The notes beneath the pieces were generated by a model. That model did no database searches, was not told where the DNA came from, and saw only the letters and a program-made list of their open reading frames with translations. This document shows, piece after piece, positions 51,080 to 63,596 of a stretch of 64,000 nucleotides of DNA (position 1 is the stretch's first letter; every line of letters begins with the position of its first letter). The position numbers and the translations under genes were made by a program. This stretch comes from Heterodontus francisci (Eukaryota): contig NW_027140453.1 of NCBI RefSeq assembly GCF_036365525.1, positions 1,054,001 through 1,118,000 on the forward strand, given 5' to 3'.

Positions 51080-51422
51080 TCGCTCTACACACCTGGTGGA
51101 GGATCAGCAGAAGAGCAGTGACAACAGAGTAAACGAGTCAACATGGCCCTGGATTATAACGGGAACTGGGCCCTTTTCATCTTAAAGATGTCTCAGAGTG
51201 GTCCAGCCTGAAAACCTAGAACAATCCTGAGGAAAAGAGAAGAACTGTGTGTCATTTGTGTGGAAATGTGATTACATTTGTGTGGACGACGCTGGCCCTT
51301 CTTTCTGGTTTGCAAAGACCAGTCCAATATGACCCTGGCCTGTGAACCACCCCGCCCTGTCTCGTTCAGTTACAAGGGGAACATCTCCCGGGTCTGTTCA
51401 TGACTGAGTTTGGAGCATCGTG

Positions 51423-51470
51423 CAAAAGACATAGCTTACTTCGGCGATGGGACCAAGTTGACAGTGTTGG
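51423..51470 (+). CDS. TRBJ: TRB J segment J1.1 (KDIAYFGDGTKLTVL)
   Basis: FGxG motif; G|gtaag donor; 12-RSS TGTTCATGA-12-CATCGTG. Confidence 0.9.
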
Positions 51471-52104
51471 GTAAGGTGACTCTGTATTTCTGTTCCTCCT
51501 ATCGATCAGAATCTATATCTAGTTTAAAAATCACCAGGAGTAATGTTCAGATATTAGATACATTAAAGGGTTAACTCATGAGGACTGGTTACTCAGACTA
51601 AGCTGACAGTCCCTCGAATATAGAACATTAAGGGCTGATATAATGGAGGGGTTTGAGGTGTTGGATAGATAGAGAGAGAAGCTGCTTTCTCAGGTTGGGG
51701 CGTGTCCAGAACAATTTAAATTATCACCTTTCAGGGGTGATATCAGGAAGCACTTCTTCACACAAAGGGTAGTGGAAATCAGGAACTCTCTCCCCCCTCC
51801 TTCCCTCCCCAAAACAATCAGTTGAGACTGGGGTTCAATTGATAAATTCAAATCCAAGATTGATCGACCTGTGTAAAACAAAAGTATTGAGGGTTGCAGA
51901 ACCAAGGAGGGATGATGGAGTTAAGAGTCAGATCAACCCTGAACTAACTGAATGGTGGAACAGGCTCGAAGGGCTGAATGGCCACCTCCTGTCCCCATGT
52001 TCCTACGACCTTTACGGTCATTTACATAATAGGAACTTCAATGGAACAGACTTAACAATCTAAGGGGATTGAAGGGGATTTTGTGACAGCCCCATACCAG
52101 TGTG

Positions 52105-52154
52105 CTCCAATACCGAAGCATATTTTGGAGATGGGACCAAACTGGTGGTTTTAG
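52105..52154 (+). CDS. TRBJ: TRB J segment J1.2 (SNTEAYFGDGTKLVVL)
   Basis: FGxG motif; G|gtgag donor; heptamer CAGTGTG with GGATTTTGT nonamer (12-13 nt spacer). Confidence 0.93.
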
Positions 52155-53659
52155 GTGAGTGAATGCATTCCTAATACTGGAAAAGTTGATTCAATTTGGG
52201 AATTCACGTGAGGTGGTCGAGGGGGTGAAAATATAGAAATTTGGTGAATTAATTACAATTCTTCAGCTTACAAATGGAGACCTACAACTGCCGAATTCGT
52301 TTCACTGTAGGGAAGGGGTTTGAGTGGATACATAAGGGAGGGTCTCTAAAATAAACAGAACAAACAGCAATGTAGATACAAATAGAATGATTGCGCTTGT
52401 AAGAGAAGAACAAGAGGACACAGACATAGAACGAAAAATGTTAGATTGCATCGTTCAGTATGCAGTTCTGGTCTGCATATTATAAAAGAAATGATGTAGA
52501 GGCTCTGGATAAGGTAAGTCAATACAGATTAACAGCTGTGCTGCCCAAACTGTTATAACTATTGGGGAAGGTCGGACAGACTGGGACTCCGTTCTCGAGA
52601 GCAGTGAAGTTTGAGGGGTGACCTGGTAGAGGTCTGTACGATTTTGAAAGGGGTTTCGATCGGGTAGACACACCGAAGTTTTTTCCACTTGTGGGGAGAC
52701 CAGAACGGGGAGAGCATAAATGTCAGACAGTCAGTAATAAATTCAATAGGGAATTCAGGAGAAATTTCTTTACCCAGACAGTGGTGCGAATGTGGAACTC
52801 AATACTACAAGGAGTGGGTTTAAAAAAGTAGATTGGATAAAAAAAAATTGAATTGAACGAAGGGGATGAGAGGAATCTCAAGTGGAGTGTAAACACTGGC
52901 ATGGAGCAGATGGGCTGAATGGCCTGTTTGTGTGTTGTAAATTCTGTATAATTCTATCTATTCCCTCTTAACCTCGAGCGGCAATGAATGAAACCGTTTT
53001 GAGACCCAGTATTTTCAAGTTACTAATCGAACTGGTGAGCTATCCATATCCAGTGGACAATGAGGTGTCAAGGGCCCCATGACCTTTCCTCATTCACCCA
53101 GGATAATAACGGAATTGAAAGAGTTTAATTTATGACGATGTGTTGTTTAAAGTAGGATTGCAGTAAATTGAGAATTTGAGATTCAGGGGTGATCCAATTG
53201 ATGTGTTTAAGATAATGGTAGGATCTGATATTTCCTCTGGTGTGATGGGTCCAGAACAAGAGAGCAAAATCATACACTGATAGCTAGACCATTCAGGAGT
53301 GATGTCAAGAAGGACTTGTTTCCAAAATGCCCCGTGGAATCCAGAAATCTCTCCCACAGAAAGCTGAGGGGTCAACTGAAAATTTCAAATGTGTGGTTGA
53401 TTATTTTTTGATCGGCAAAGATGCTAATGGTTATGGAACCAAGAAGGCAGGTCGATGGGGTTATGGTACAAATAATTTATAATCTAATTAAATGTCGGAA
53501 TAAGCACGAAGGGCTGAATGGTCAACTCCTGTTCCCCAGTTGCTATGTTCCTATGGACAAATTTTCCTTATACTTGTCGGTTCTCCCTTATTATGAGGGG
53601 CTACTTCGGGAAAGGGCTCAAAGACAGGTGATGTTTTAATACATGAGTTTATCATTGTG

Positions 53660-53709
53660 CTCTGGTGACATTTATTATTTCGGAGCTGGGACTAAACTCA
53701 CTGTTTTAG
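53660..53709 (+). CDS. TRBJ: TRB J segment J1.3 (SGDIYYFGAGTKLTVL)
   Basis: TGTTTTAAT-12-CATTGTG; G|gtaag donor. Confidence 0.93.
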
Positions 53710-53924
53710 GTAAGATTATGTTTGCACATGTATATATTTATCTATGTAAATACATCTTTTCATCTGTAAGTCTATCTATTTATCTATCTATCTATCAATG
53801 TACCTATCTATTTGTTGGACTGTGGATCCATCTGTCTGTCTGTTTGTCCACCTATCTATCTATTTGTTTGTCTAGACATCTGTCTACCCATCGTTGTATT
53901 TTGGTATTGTTGTTTAGTGCAGTG

Positions 53925-53981
53925 CGGGCGGGTATACCAACCTGCTACATTTTGGGGACGTGTCCACGTTGACGATTTTGG
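53925..53981 (+). pseudogene. TRBJ: TRB J ORF J1.4 (GGYTNLLHFGDVSTLTIL; non-canonical FGDV)
   Basis: TATTTTGGT-12-TGCAGTG; open frame; G|gtgag donor; second Gly of FGxG lost. Confidence 0.78.
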
Positions 53982-54325
53982 GTGAGTTCAGTTTCTTTGT
54001 TTTCAGTGAAGCAAGGGTCACCTGTAAACATCTTGCAAGAAGGATTGAATGAATAATTGTGAGGGACTTAGAGAAAATCTCCTATTGTCAGGATTGCCAC
54101 GGTGGATAACTGATGAACGGGTCCACATATAGACGGGGCAGACAGTCTTGGGAATTCTGTTAGTTATAACTGCAAACTGCCTGGTTAGTCCACGAGTTTA
54201 CATTAACTTACAGTTAGCTTGCGTTAACCAGAGGCCACTATCAAATATTAAGGAATGGCCCAGTGAGTTTCTTTTCTTCCAGAAGAGAGTTGGGGAATGT
54301 TTTTGTGATGTGAGGTGATGATGTG

Positions 54326-54383
54326 GGAGCAGGGAGTATTCAACCTATGTATTTTGGAGATGGCACTAAATTAACTGTCCAGG
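54326..54383 (+). CDS. TRBJ: TRB J segment J1.5 (GAGSIQPMYFGDGTKLTVQ)
   Basis: TGTTTTTGT-12-TGATGTG; FGxG motif; G|gtaagt donor. Confidence 0.92.
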
Positions 54384-55123
54384 GTAAGTGAGATGTTAGT
54401 CAAAATACGTCTCTTACTAGCATTGAAAACGTCGACTAGTTTACTCTCTTCAATTTAAAGAAAGGCGAGAGAATGTGAAAACAGGCAAAAGAGTAAGCAT
54501 TGCATTGAAGAAGCAAGAATGTAAATAGCTAAATGTAGGAGATTGGAGGAGGGCTGGTGAGAGAGGAATTTGCAACCAGAGATCATGGCTGATCTGATGT
54601 TGGCCTCGATCCCTCTTTCCTACCTGTTCTCCATAATCCTTGGCTCCGCTCTCTATCTCAGTTTGAATGCATTCACGGGCTCAGTCTCCACAGCGCTCTG
54701 GAGGAGGGAATTCCAAAGATTCACGACTCCCTGATCGAAGACATTCCTTCTCCACTCCGTCCTAAATGAGCGACCCCTCATTCTGAAACTGTGCCCTTTA
54801 ATTCTACATGGGAACATTCTCTCAGCCTTTACCCTGTCAAGCGCCCTCAGAATCTTAGAATTTCCCAGAAGATCATCTCCCATTCTTCTTAACTCCAGAT
54901 GGAGAGCAAACAGCAGACAAAACTGGAGGGAGATGGGAAATTAGATTTAAAACAGTGAAAAAGAGACAGAGACAAGGAGATCAATTGTAACAGAATATAA
55001 GATAAAGAGCAATAGGGTGGAATAATGAATATAACACAAGGCAAAATGTTCCAACTATGTTCATTAACTATTGTGTATCGAGTTGAAGAAACGTGAGTTC
55101 TGATACAAAAGTGTAACATTGCG

Positions 55124-55175
55124 TCAGGCAACGATGGTTATACTTTTGGGGGTAATTCAAAACTCATGGTTTTAG
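55124..55175 (+). pseudogene. TRBJ: TRB J ORF J1.6 (SGNDGYTFGGNSKLMVL; FGGN, defective heptamer CATTGCG)
   Basis: Open frame and G|gtaagt donor, but the CAC/GTG end of the heptamer is mutated and FGxG is broken. Confidence 0.78.
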
Positions 55176-55599
55176 GTAAGTGAGATAGAATCGAATTAGC
55201 TCTTTAAAGGAAAGTGGAATCAGAGGGATGTCTAGTTGAAATTTAAAATTATTCAAACCTAGTTGCGGAACTGAGAACCTTATATATAAACATACACCTT
55301 GTATTCGTGTTCAGACTTCATGCATTACTTCCGAGCCCCATATGGAATATTTCCTGAAACAAACTAGAGACGTATTGTGCATGTGGAAATCGACATGTGA
55401 TAAGTACCTTGGATATCAGAGGTTGAATGGCCTAATCCAGTCCCTAATGTAGCTAAATCGGCGTAATGCGAGTTGATGATAGGAGTGAGGTACAGGGACA
55501 AATACGTGACAATCAAGAAATTTAGAATAAAGAGTTGAGGAAGCTGGAAAGTACCTTCGTTAAAGAAGGATTGACGAGGAGTTGAGCAAGGGAGTTAAG

Positions 55600-56800
55600 C
55601 TGAACCTCGATGAATCGCTGGTTAGGTCCCAGCTGGAGAATTGTGGGTGTCACATGTTAGGATGGATGTCAAGGCCTTAGAGTGGTTGCACGAATGATTT
55701 ATTCGACTGGTTCCAGCGATGAGGGTCTTCAGTTGCGTCTAGAGACTAGAGCAGAGAAAGTTTAGGGGGGATTTGACAGAGGTGTCCAAAGCAATGAAGG
55801 CTTTGGACACAGTACATGCTCAGAAACAATTTCCAATGCTCGAAGCGTTGGTAAACAAAGGGCACAGAGTTAAGGTAATTGACAAAATAAACAGGGGTGA
55901 TATGAAGAATAAAACAATTATGCGGTGTGTTGTTATCTGGAATGCGCTGCCTGAAAGGGTGGTGCAAACAGACTCAATAGTAACTTTCAAAAGGGGGACT
56001 GGACAATTACTTGAAGGGGAAATTATTTCTACTGGTGGATGGGTCAATAAACAAAGGTCAGATATTTAAAATCATTGACAAAAGATCTACAAGGACAATT
56101 ACTAGATTCCTTTTCACTCAGAGTTGTCAGAATTTGGGACACTCTAACTGAAGCAGAATGCTGACTCTATGTTTAAATAGAAGTTACAGGAACATAGGAT
56201 CATCGGTACACAGGAGCAGGAGTAGTCCATTCGGCCCCTCGAGTCTGTTCTGCCAATCAATGCGATCATGACTGATCAGTGACCTAACTCCATCTACCCC
56301 CATTGCCCCATAATCCCTTAATAGCTATGGTTAACAAAAATCTATCAATTTGAGATTTAAAATTGACAATTGTTCCAGCAGAAGAGAGTTCCAAACTTCT
56401 ACCATCCTTTATGTGAAAAGATGTTTTCTAATTTCATGCCTGAAAAGTTCTGGCTCTAATTCTTAAACTCTGTCCCGGAGATCTAGACTGCACAACCAAT
56501 GGAGATCGTTTCTCTCCATCTACATCATGCATTCCCCTTAATATCTTGAAAACTTTGCTCAAACCACCCTTTAACCTTCTCTTTTCCAAAGAATAGGAAA
56601 TGTCGAATCTTTCCTTGCAATTTAACCCTTGGCGTCCAGGTATCAGTCTGTTTAATCTACATTACACTTCCCCCAAGACCAGCATATCCTTCCTAATGTC
56701 TGGTGCCCATAAATGCTCAGAGGAACTCCAGATGTGGTGTAACCAGGGCTTTGTATAGCTGAAACAAGACTTCTACCTCATTCTACCTATTAACTATTTT
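55600..56800. mobile_element. Adjacent CR1 LINE 3' fragments (plus strand ~55600-56150, minus strand ~56190-56800)
   Basis: LVRSQLENC and WNALPERVV motifs; cattcggcccctcgag tail on the opposite strand. Confidence 0.7.
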
Positions 56801-56924
56801 GCTTTACTCGTAACTGCTTTCTGAAATAGCCACGCAGTTGTCAAGGGCAACTAGGGATGGGTAACAAATGCTGGCCTTGTCATCGACGCCCACATCCCAT
56901 GAAGGAGTTTTTTAAAAGCGCCTC

Positions 56925-57135
56925 AACCTCCTCCAGCACCCTACAACCCTCCCTATCCCTGTAACCTCCTCCAGTCCCTTACAACCCTCTCTATGTCTGT
57001 AACCACCTCCAGTCCCGACAACCCTCCCTATGTCTATAACCTCCTCCATGCCCCTACATCCCTCCCTATCTCTGTAACCTCCTCCAGCCCCGACAACCCT
57101 TCCTATCTCTGTAACCTCCTCCAGCCTCTACAACT
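56925..57135. repeat. ~38-bp C-rich tandem repeat (aacctcctccagcccctacaaccctccctatctctgt), 5-6 units
   Basis: Directly visible. Confidence 0.8.
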
Positions 57136-57432
57136 CTCCGAGATCTTTGTGATCCTGAAATTCTGGACTGTCCGATTTCCATCAATCCACCATTGAGAGC
57201 TGTGCACTTAACCACTCAGCTCTGCACCTTTCTTTCCATCCACCTTGACGATACGAAGATACATGATCTTTTTGCATGTCGGATCCTACTCGAAGGGCTG
57301 AACGGTCAATTTATGCTCTCGTGCTGCTGTCAGCCAATATTCCTGTACTTGTCGGTTCTCCATTGTTGTGAAAGGCTCTCTTGGGATAGAACCACAGAGA
57401 GTTGAGAGGTTTTATTCAGGGATCTAGGTTTT

Positions 57433-57466
57433 GCTCTGCTGAATCGGAACTGGATCTAAGTTTTAG
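57433..57466 (+). pseudogene. TRBJ: TRB J relic J1.7 (internally deleted paralog of J1.3/J2.4)
   Basis: GCTCTGCTGAATCGGAACTGGATCTAAGTTTTAG|gtaa in context homologous to 63300-63445. Confidence 0.65.
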
Positions 57467-57625
57467 GTAATATCCCATCTACATAAATGTGCAAATATCC
57501 ATTGTTCGATCGATCCACAATGTATCTGTGCATCCATCTTTGTGTTTAGATATAGATACATTACTTGTTTGAGACTGTACCTGTCTACCCAACGCTGTGT
57601 TTTGGTACTGTTGTTTAGTATAGTG

Positions 57626-57682
57626 TAGGCGGGAACATCCAGACTCTACATTTTGGGGAAGGCTGGACTCTAACAGTTTTGG
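57626..57682 (+). CDS. TRBJ: TRB J segment J1.8 (GGNIQTLHFGEGWTLTVL)
   Basis: TGTTTTGGT-12-TATAGTG; FGEG motif; G|gtgagt donor; atypical Trp after FGxG. Confidence 0.8.
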
Positions 57683-58203
57683 GTGAGTTACATGTTTATT
57701 CGATTAAGCCAGGATGGCTGGTTTCATATTGCCTGTGTCATGCAGATGTTCTGTCCATGGCTCTGTGCTCCTTTTCTCCAGCAGGAGAGATGAGAATGAC
57801 AAGGGAAAAAGGTAGGTAAGGCGGTTTCCCGTTACTTTCGTCAGAACAAGACGATAACTGAACCCCTGCTGTTGACCTTGCTCTGAATCACACGTGAACC
57901 ATCTAGCTAACTGAACTAATAGGTCCCCATCCTACATGCACAACTTACTTAATAATTATGACGAACTCCAAGTAAAATTTTCCAATATTGTCAGAGCTGT
58001 TTCTGTGGACATCTGACGAACTGGTCCATACATTGATGCAGAGCCAGTATTGGGAATGTTGCTAGTTTTAATTGCCAAACACCCTGGTTAGTTTATGAGT
58101 TTACTTTGGCCTATGTCACTCAAAGGCCCATATCAAATATTAATGATCGGGACAATGCAAATAAGCAGGACACTGTTGAGTAATGTTGTGACATGGTGAT
58201 GTG

Positions 58204-58261
58204 GGAGCAGGAAGTAACCATCCATCATATTTTGGAGATGCCACGAAGTTAACGGTCCTGG
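58204..58261 (+). pseudogene. TRBJ: TRB J ORF J1.9 (GAGSNHPSYFGDATKLTVL; FGDA, degenerate nonamer)
   Basis: Heptamer TGATGTG and G|gtgagt donor; paralog of J1.5. Confidence 0.78.
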
Positions 58262-58273
58262 GTGAGTAGAATA

Positions 58274-58617
58274 TTAGATTAGAGATACAGCACTGAAACA
58301 GGCCCTTCGGCCCACCGAGTCTGTGCCGAACATCAACCACCCATTTATACTAATCCTACACTAACCCATATTCCTACCAAACATCCCCACCTGTCCCTAT
58401 ATTTCCCTACCACCTACCTATACTAGTGACAATTTATAATGGCCAATTTACCTATCAACCTGCAAGTCTTTTGGCTTGTGGGAGGAAACCGGAGCACCCG
58501 GAGAAAACCCACGCAGACACAGGGAGAACTTGCAAACTCCACACAGGCAGTACCCGGAATCGAACCCGGGTCCCTGGAGCTGTGAGGCTGCGGTGCTAAC
58601 CACTGCGCCACTGTGTC
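58274..58617 (-). mobile_element. Full-length tRNA-derived SINE, near-identical to 16076-16424
   Basis: Identical translated blocks (58423..58638- vs 16084..16272+); inserted ~12 bp after the J1.9 donor. Confidence 0.9.
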
Positions 58618-60199
58618 GAAATATATCAGTGGCCTCAATCAGCACTGAAATTGTTGGGCAGTTTGCTCCCTTCCGTTTGAAGAAAGGGGAGAGAACATGA
58701 AATTTGGAAAAATAAACAGTAAGCATTACAGTAAAGAAGCAAAGGTTAAAACAATTAAACATAGAGGAAAGGCGAGGTGGAGAGTGGAAGAAGGCTAGGG
58801 AGGCAACCATATGCAGAGAGGCACAGATTGGGAGCAAAATACAGACAAAAATGAACAGGAAAAGTCATTGTTAATTCGTGCTGGGATGCATTTATTGCCC
58901 ACCCATAATTGCCTTCTGAGTGGTTTGTTAGGCCATGTTTTTATTCTTGTCATGGGATGTGGGCATCGATGGCAAGGCCAACATTTGTTGCCCATCCCTA
59001 ATTGCCCTTGAACTGAGTGCTTTGCAATTTCAGAGGGCAGTTAACAGTCAACTGCATGCTGCAGGTTTGCAGTCCCATAGAAGATGGTAGATGGGTTTTT
59101 ATGACAATCGACGACAGTTTCATGGCACCCTGACAGATTTTTATGAATCAGCTGAATTTAAATCCCATCTGCGGCCATTTGAATTCACACAACCAGAACA
59201 CTAGCCCGGGCTGCAGGATTACTAGCCCAGCAACATTATCATTTTGCTGGCGTCACGCCTGCGTTCAATGTGTTTTAGGTATTTCCACAGTGTTGTTAAG
59301 GAAGGAGTTCCTTTTTTGACCCATTTTCTCAGAGGGCGGATTATTCATTTTCAAACATTGCTCGAATCCCCCCAGAAATGTGTCATCAAGCCAGTGGTGA
59401 TACTGAACACGAGCCTCCTCTCCCCACCCCCACCCTACTCCATCTAAACTTCTATTCCTTTCTCCCTGATGTCAGGTGCATGGCGATGGGGGTTGGTGTG
59501 CAATGAGATCTGCAGGAATGATAACAGCACCGCACACATCAACACGACACCTGGGAAACTTGCACTAGTTTGGCAAACATGGGTCTCTCTGAGTGATAAG
59601 ATAAGAGATAGCAGTGTGAACGATTTACTGTCTAGAGTAAGTGGCTTCTGTTTGAGGTCCCGTGGCCGGTATGTCCTGAGGTCCTGCACGTTGTACAAGA
59701 GAGAATGCGGATCATGAAGCGGGTAAGGGATGGGGGAGGGGGAAGGGGAGAAGGGGTGCAACAGAGAGATGGAATGGAGAGAGAGAAAGCAAGAGAGAAA
59801 GCAAGCAAGAAAAAAACCATGAAAGGAAGGAAGGGAGGAAGGACGGAAGGACGGAAGGGAAGGAAGGAAGGAAGGAAGTAGAGGAAAGGAAGGAGGCTTG
59901 AGTGGATGAATGGGCCTGTTACTGTGTAAGCAGCTCAAGAGGGGCTGAATGGGCCTCCTCTTCTTCCTGTGTAACAAGGTCTAGAGGGGCTGAATGGCCT
60001 CTTGCTGCACCTGTGTAGCAGGCTGAGAAGGGGCGGAATGGCCACCTCCAGTTCCTGCTAACAGTTTTGAGACGGAATGAACGGCCTTTAATTATGGTCC
60101 AAAGGACTAAAAAACTTTCAGCAGCTCAATCTAAACTGACTTCACCAAGTGAAGCCCTCGGGAGTCTTTGAAGAAGCAGGGCCTTGCAAAATTCGCGTT

Positions 60200-60279
60200 C
60201 TTTTTTGTATGAGTGTCTATCACCGTGGGGACAGGGGGGACACTGTGATAGAATCCAATGCAGCCTCCGTACAAAAACC
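60200..60279 (+). other. TRBD: TRB D segment D2 (coding 60228-60240 GGGACAGGGGGGA) with 5' 12-RSS and 3' 23-RSS
   Basis: CTTTTTTGT-12-CACCGTG | D | CACTGTG-23-ACAAAAACC; core matches the conserved vertebrate TRBD1 GGGACAGGGGG. Confidence 0.97.
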
Positions 60280-60761
60280 TCGCTCTACACACCTCGAGGA
60301 AGATCAGCAGAAGAGCAGTGGCAACAGAGTAAACGAATAAACATCTCCTCTGGATTATGGCGGGAGCTGGGCCCTTTCAATCTTGTAGATGCCTCAGAAT
60401 GGTCCAGCTTTATAACCTAGAGCATTCCTCTGGAAAAGAGAATAACTGTGTTATTTGTGTGAAAACTGGTTACTCTTTTACCCCTGAAACACCACCCCGG
60501 TGTCTTGGGACCAATATTGATCCCTCAACCAACATCACAATGATCTGCTCATTAATTTCACTGCTGTTTGATGGGACTTCCTTGGTCCAATATCAGTTGC
60601 TCTGTCTCCCTGTGGTGACCACTTCCTAAACAAACTGCTTCATTGGCTGTAAGCTGCTTTGTGTGTCCTGATTGTCTTGACCAGTGCTTCCTAAATGCTG
60701 AGCAGGTCACTTTTAGCAAACTGTTTTCGACCGGGTTCGTGTAACATGATTTGCTGATGTG

Positions 60762-60812
60762 CGACAACAGCACCACTCAATTTCGGGACCGGCACCAAAC
60801 TGACGGTGTTAG
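60762..60812 (+). CDS. TRBJ: TRB J segment J2.1 (TTAPLNFGTGTKLTVL)
   Basis: GGTTCGTGT-12-TGATGTG; FGxG motif; G|gtaag donor. Confidence 0.92.
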
Positions 60813-61171
60813 GTAAGATAAAGGGGTCTTTTGTTCTCTCTACCTTCATGTCTAGCTGTGTGCATTCCAAGCTTACTGCCCCCCCCCCTCCTCCCCGGAC
60901 AGTTTAACGAGTTAGGCAGCCGGTTAGATCTGTCTCATGACCGCCGAGAATTGCGCCTAATTTCCCTCCTGCCACAAGCATCCGTTTGTCACTTTGGCGC
61001 GGTGTTTCTCTCCCCGGGACGACACTGGCCCTTCCTTCTGGTTCGCAAAGACCAGTCCAACGGGACACCCGCTTGGTGATGTGTTCCACGGTAAACCGCC
61101 CGGCACAGACCCGTTCAGCTGCAAGGGTAACAGTTCCCGGGCCAGTTCATGACTGGGTTTAGGCCACTGTG

Positions 61172-61219
61172 CAGGAAACATAGCTTACTTCGGCGACGGG
61201 ACCAAGTTAACAGTTTTCG
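61172..61219 (+). CDS. TRBJ: TRB J segment J2.2 (GNIAYFGDGTKLTVF), paralog of J1.1
   Basis: AGTTCATGA-12-CACTGTG; G|gtaag donor. Confidence 0.93.
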
Positions 61220-61798
61220 GTAAGGGACTCTGTTCTTCCTATCAGATCAACATCTAGGTTTATATGCGGGGAGTAAGTTCAGATATTAGATGCAGAAAGG
61301 GGTTAAATCATGAGGACTTGGTTACTCAGACTAAGCTGACAGTCCCTTGAATCGAGATCATTAAAGGGCTGATATAATCGAGGTGCTTGAGGTGTTGGAT
61401 CGATAGAGAGAAACTGCTTCTTCAGGTTGGGGGGAGTCCAGAACAATTTAAATTCGAGCCGTTCAGGGGTGATATCAGGAACTCTCCCCGCACCCCCCAC
61501 AACAAAATAATATGCTGTTGAGGCTGGGCGTCGATTGATAAGTTCAAATTCAAGATTGTTAGATTTTTGTTAAACAGAAGTATTGACAGTTACAGAACCA
61601 AGGTGGGATGATGGAGTTAAGATTCAGAACAACCCTGATCTAACTGCATGGTGGAAGAGGCTCGAAGGGCTGAACAGCCACCTCCTGTCCCCCTGTTCCA
61701 ACACCCTTTACGGGCCATTGAAACAGTCAGAACTTCAATGGAATAGACTTAACAATCTAGACTAGAGGGGGATTTTGCGACAGCCCCATACCATTGTG

Positions 61799-61848
61799 TA
61801 ATGCTAGAGAAGCATATTTCGGAGATGGGACCAAACTGGTGGTTTTAG
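61799..61848 (+). CDS. TRBJ: TRB J segment J2.3 (NAREAYFGDGTKLVVL), paralog of J1.2
   Basis: Heptamer CATTGTG with GGATTTTGC nonamer; G|gtgag donor. Confidence 0.93.
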
Positions 61849-63389
61849 GTGAGTGAATGCATTCCTAATGCTGGAAAAGTTAATTCAATTTGGGAATTCA
61901 CGTGGGGTGGTCCAGGGAGTGAAAATATGGGAATTTGGTGAATTGATTTCGACTCTTGAGCTGCCAAAGGGAGACCTACAACTGCTGAATTCACGTCACT
62001 GGATGGAAAGGGGTTTGAGTGGGGACATAAGGTAGGGTCTCTAAAATAAACAGTGTAAACAGCAATTGCAGCTGCAAATGAGAACAGAACAAGAGGACAC
62101 AGGCACAGAACGAAAACTGTCAGATTCAATTCTTCAGTATGCCGTTATGGACTGCATATGATTAAAAAAGCAGAGGCTCTGGATAGAGCAAAACAAAACA
62201 TATTTACAAGTGAGCTCCCAAAACTGAGAGGATATAACCACAGGAAAGAATGAAGAGGCTGGTGCTGTTTTCTCTAGAAAAGAGAAGGCTGAAGGGAATA
62301 ACCTGATCGAGGTATTTAAAATTATGACAGAGGCAAGATGATTCTACTTGTTGGGGAGACCAGAACCAGGGGACCATCAATATAAGACAGTTACTAATAA
62401 ATCCAATATGGAATTCAGGAGAAGCCTTTTCAACCAGAGAGTGGCGAGAATGTGGACCTCGCTACCACAGGGAGTGGGCTGAGGCGAATAGCAGAGATGT
62501 ATTTAAGAGGGAAGCTGGATAAACATATGGGGGAGAAAGGAATAAAAGGACCTATTGATGGGGTGAGATGAAGAGGGTGTGAGAAGGATAATGTGTAGCA
62601 TTTAATCGGCTAGGATGTAGTGGGCTGAATGGCCTGGTTCGGTGCTGAAGTGTCGATATGATTTGATGTATTCCCCATTAACCTGAAGCGTTTAAATGGA
62701 TGAGAAATATCAAAAGGGATTTTTTAAATTTGTGAATGGAGACTGGGTGTAGAATGCACATTGAACGGCCTGGGAAACGTGAGCTGAAAGTCCAGGGCAG
62801 ATTGCGAATGATCTTTCCTCATTTACCAGAATCATGCCGGAATTAAATTGTGGGGGCAGGTTGCTTAGAGATGTTGAGCATTGGAGATTAAGGATTGATC
62901 CAACTGATGTGTTTAAGATAATGAGAGGATTCGATAGGGCAGATAGAGCTGCAATTTACGCGGGTGTCAGAGCCCAGAACAAGGGTGAGGGTGGAGGGGA
63001 GCATTAGCTTAACATTAAAGCTTGGCCGTTCAGGGGTGATGCCAGAAAGGACATAACTGAACAAACGGTGGTGGAAATCTGGGCCTCTCTCCCCTATGAA
63101 ACTGCTGAGGCCACAGGGTCAATTGTCACTTCCCAATCTGAGAATGATAGAGCCTTGTTAGGAAAAGGGTTTGGAACACAAACAGGCTGATGGGGTTACA
63201 ATACAGATGAGTCATGACCTCACTGAATGTCGGAACAAGCTCGATGGGCTGAATGGCCTACTCCAGCGACAGCATTTCTATGTTCCTTTGTGCCAATACT
63301 CCGGGAGGTTCTTTCTAGTTGTGAAAGGCTCCTTCAGGACATGAATCAGAGAGAGGTGAGAGGTTTTGATGCAGGGATTTAGCTCTGTG

Positions 63390-63439
63390 CTCTTCTGATA
63401 TTTACTACTTCGGAGCTGGTACCAAGTTAACTGTTTTAG
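63390..63439 (+). CDS. TRBJ: TRB J segment J2.4 (SSDIYYFGAGTKLTVL), paralog of J1.3
   Basis: GGTTTTGAT-12-CTCTGTG; G|gtacg donor. Confidence 0.92.
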
Positions 63440-63596
63440 GTACGTTACCGTCTATATAAACATCTATTGTTCCATCATCCATAATGTATCGGTCTGTGTA
63501 TCCATCTTTATGTTTATCTATCGACGTAGCTACTTTTCTGTCGGTGTATATGTCTATCCAAAGGTGTGTTCTTTGGTACTGTTGTTTAGTATAGTG

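Noticed and set aside
59235-59285. Possible J relic ending GTTTTAG|gtatt
   Set aside because: No FGxG in frame and no RSS; it abuts a SINE fragment.
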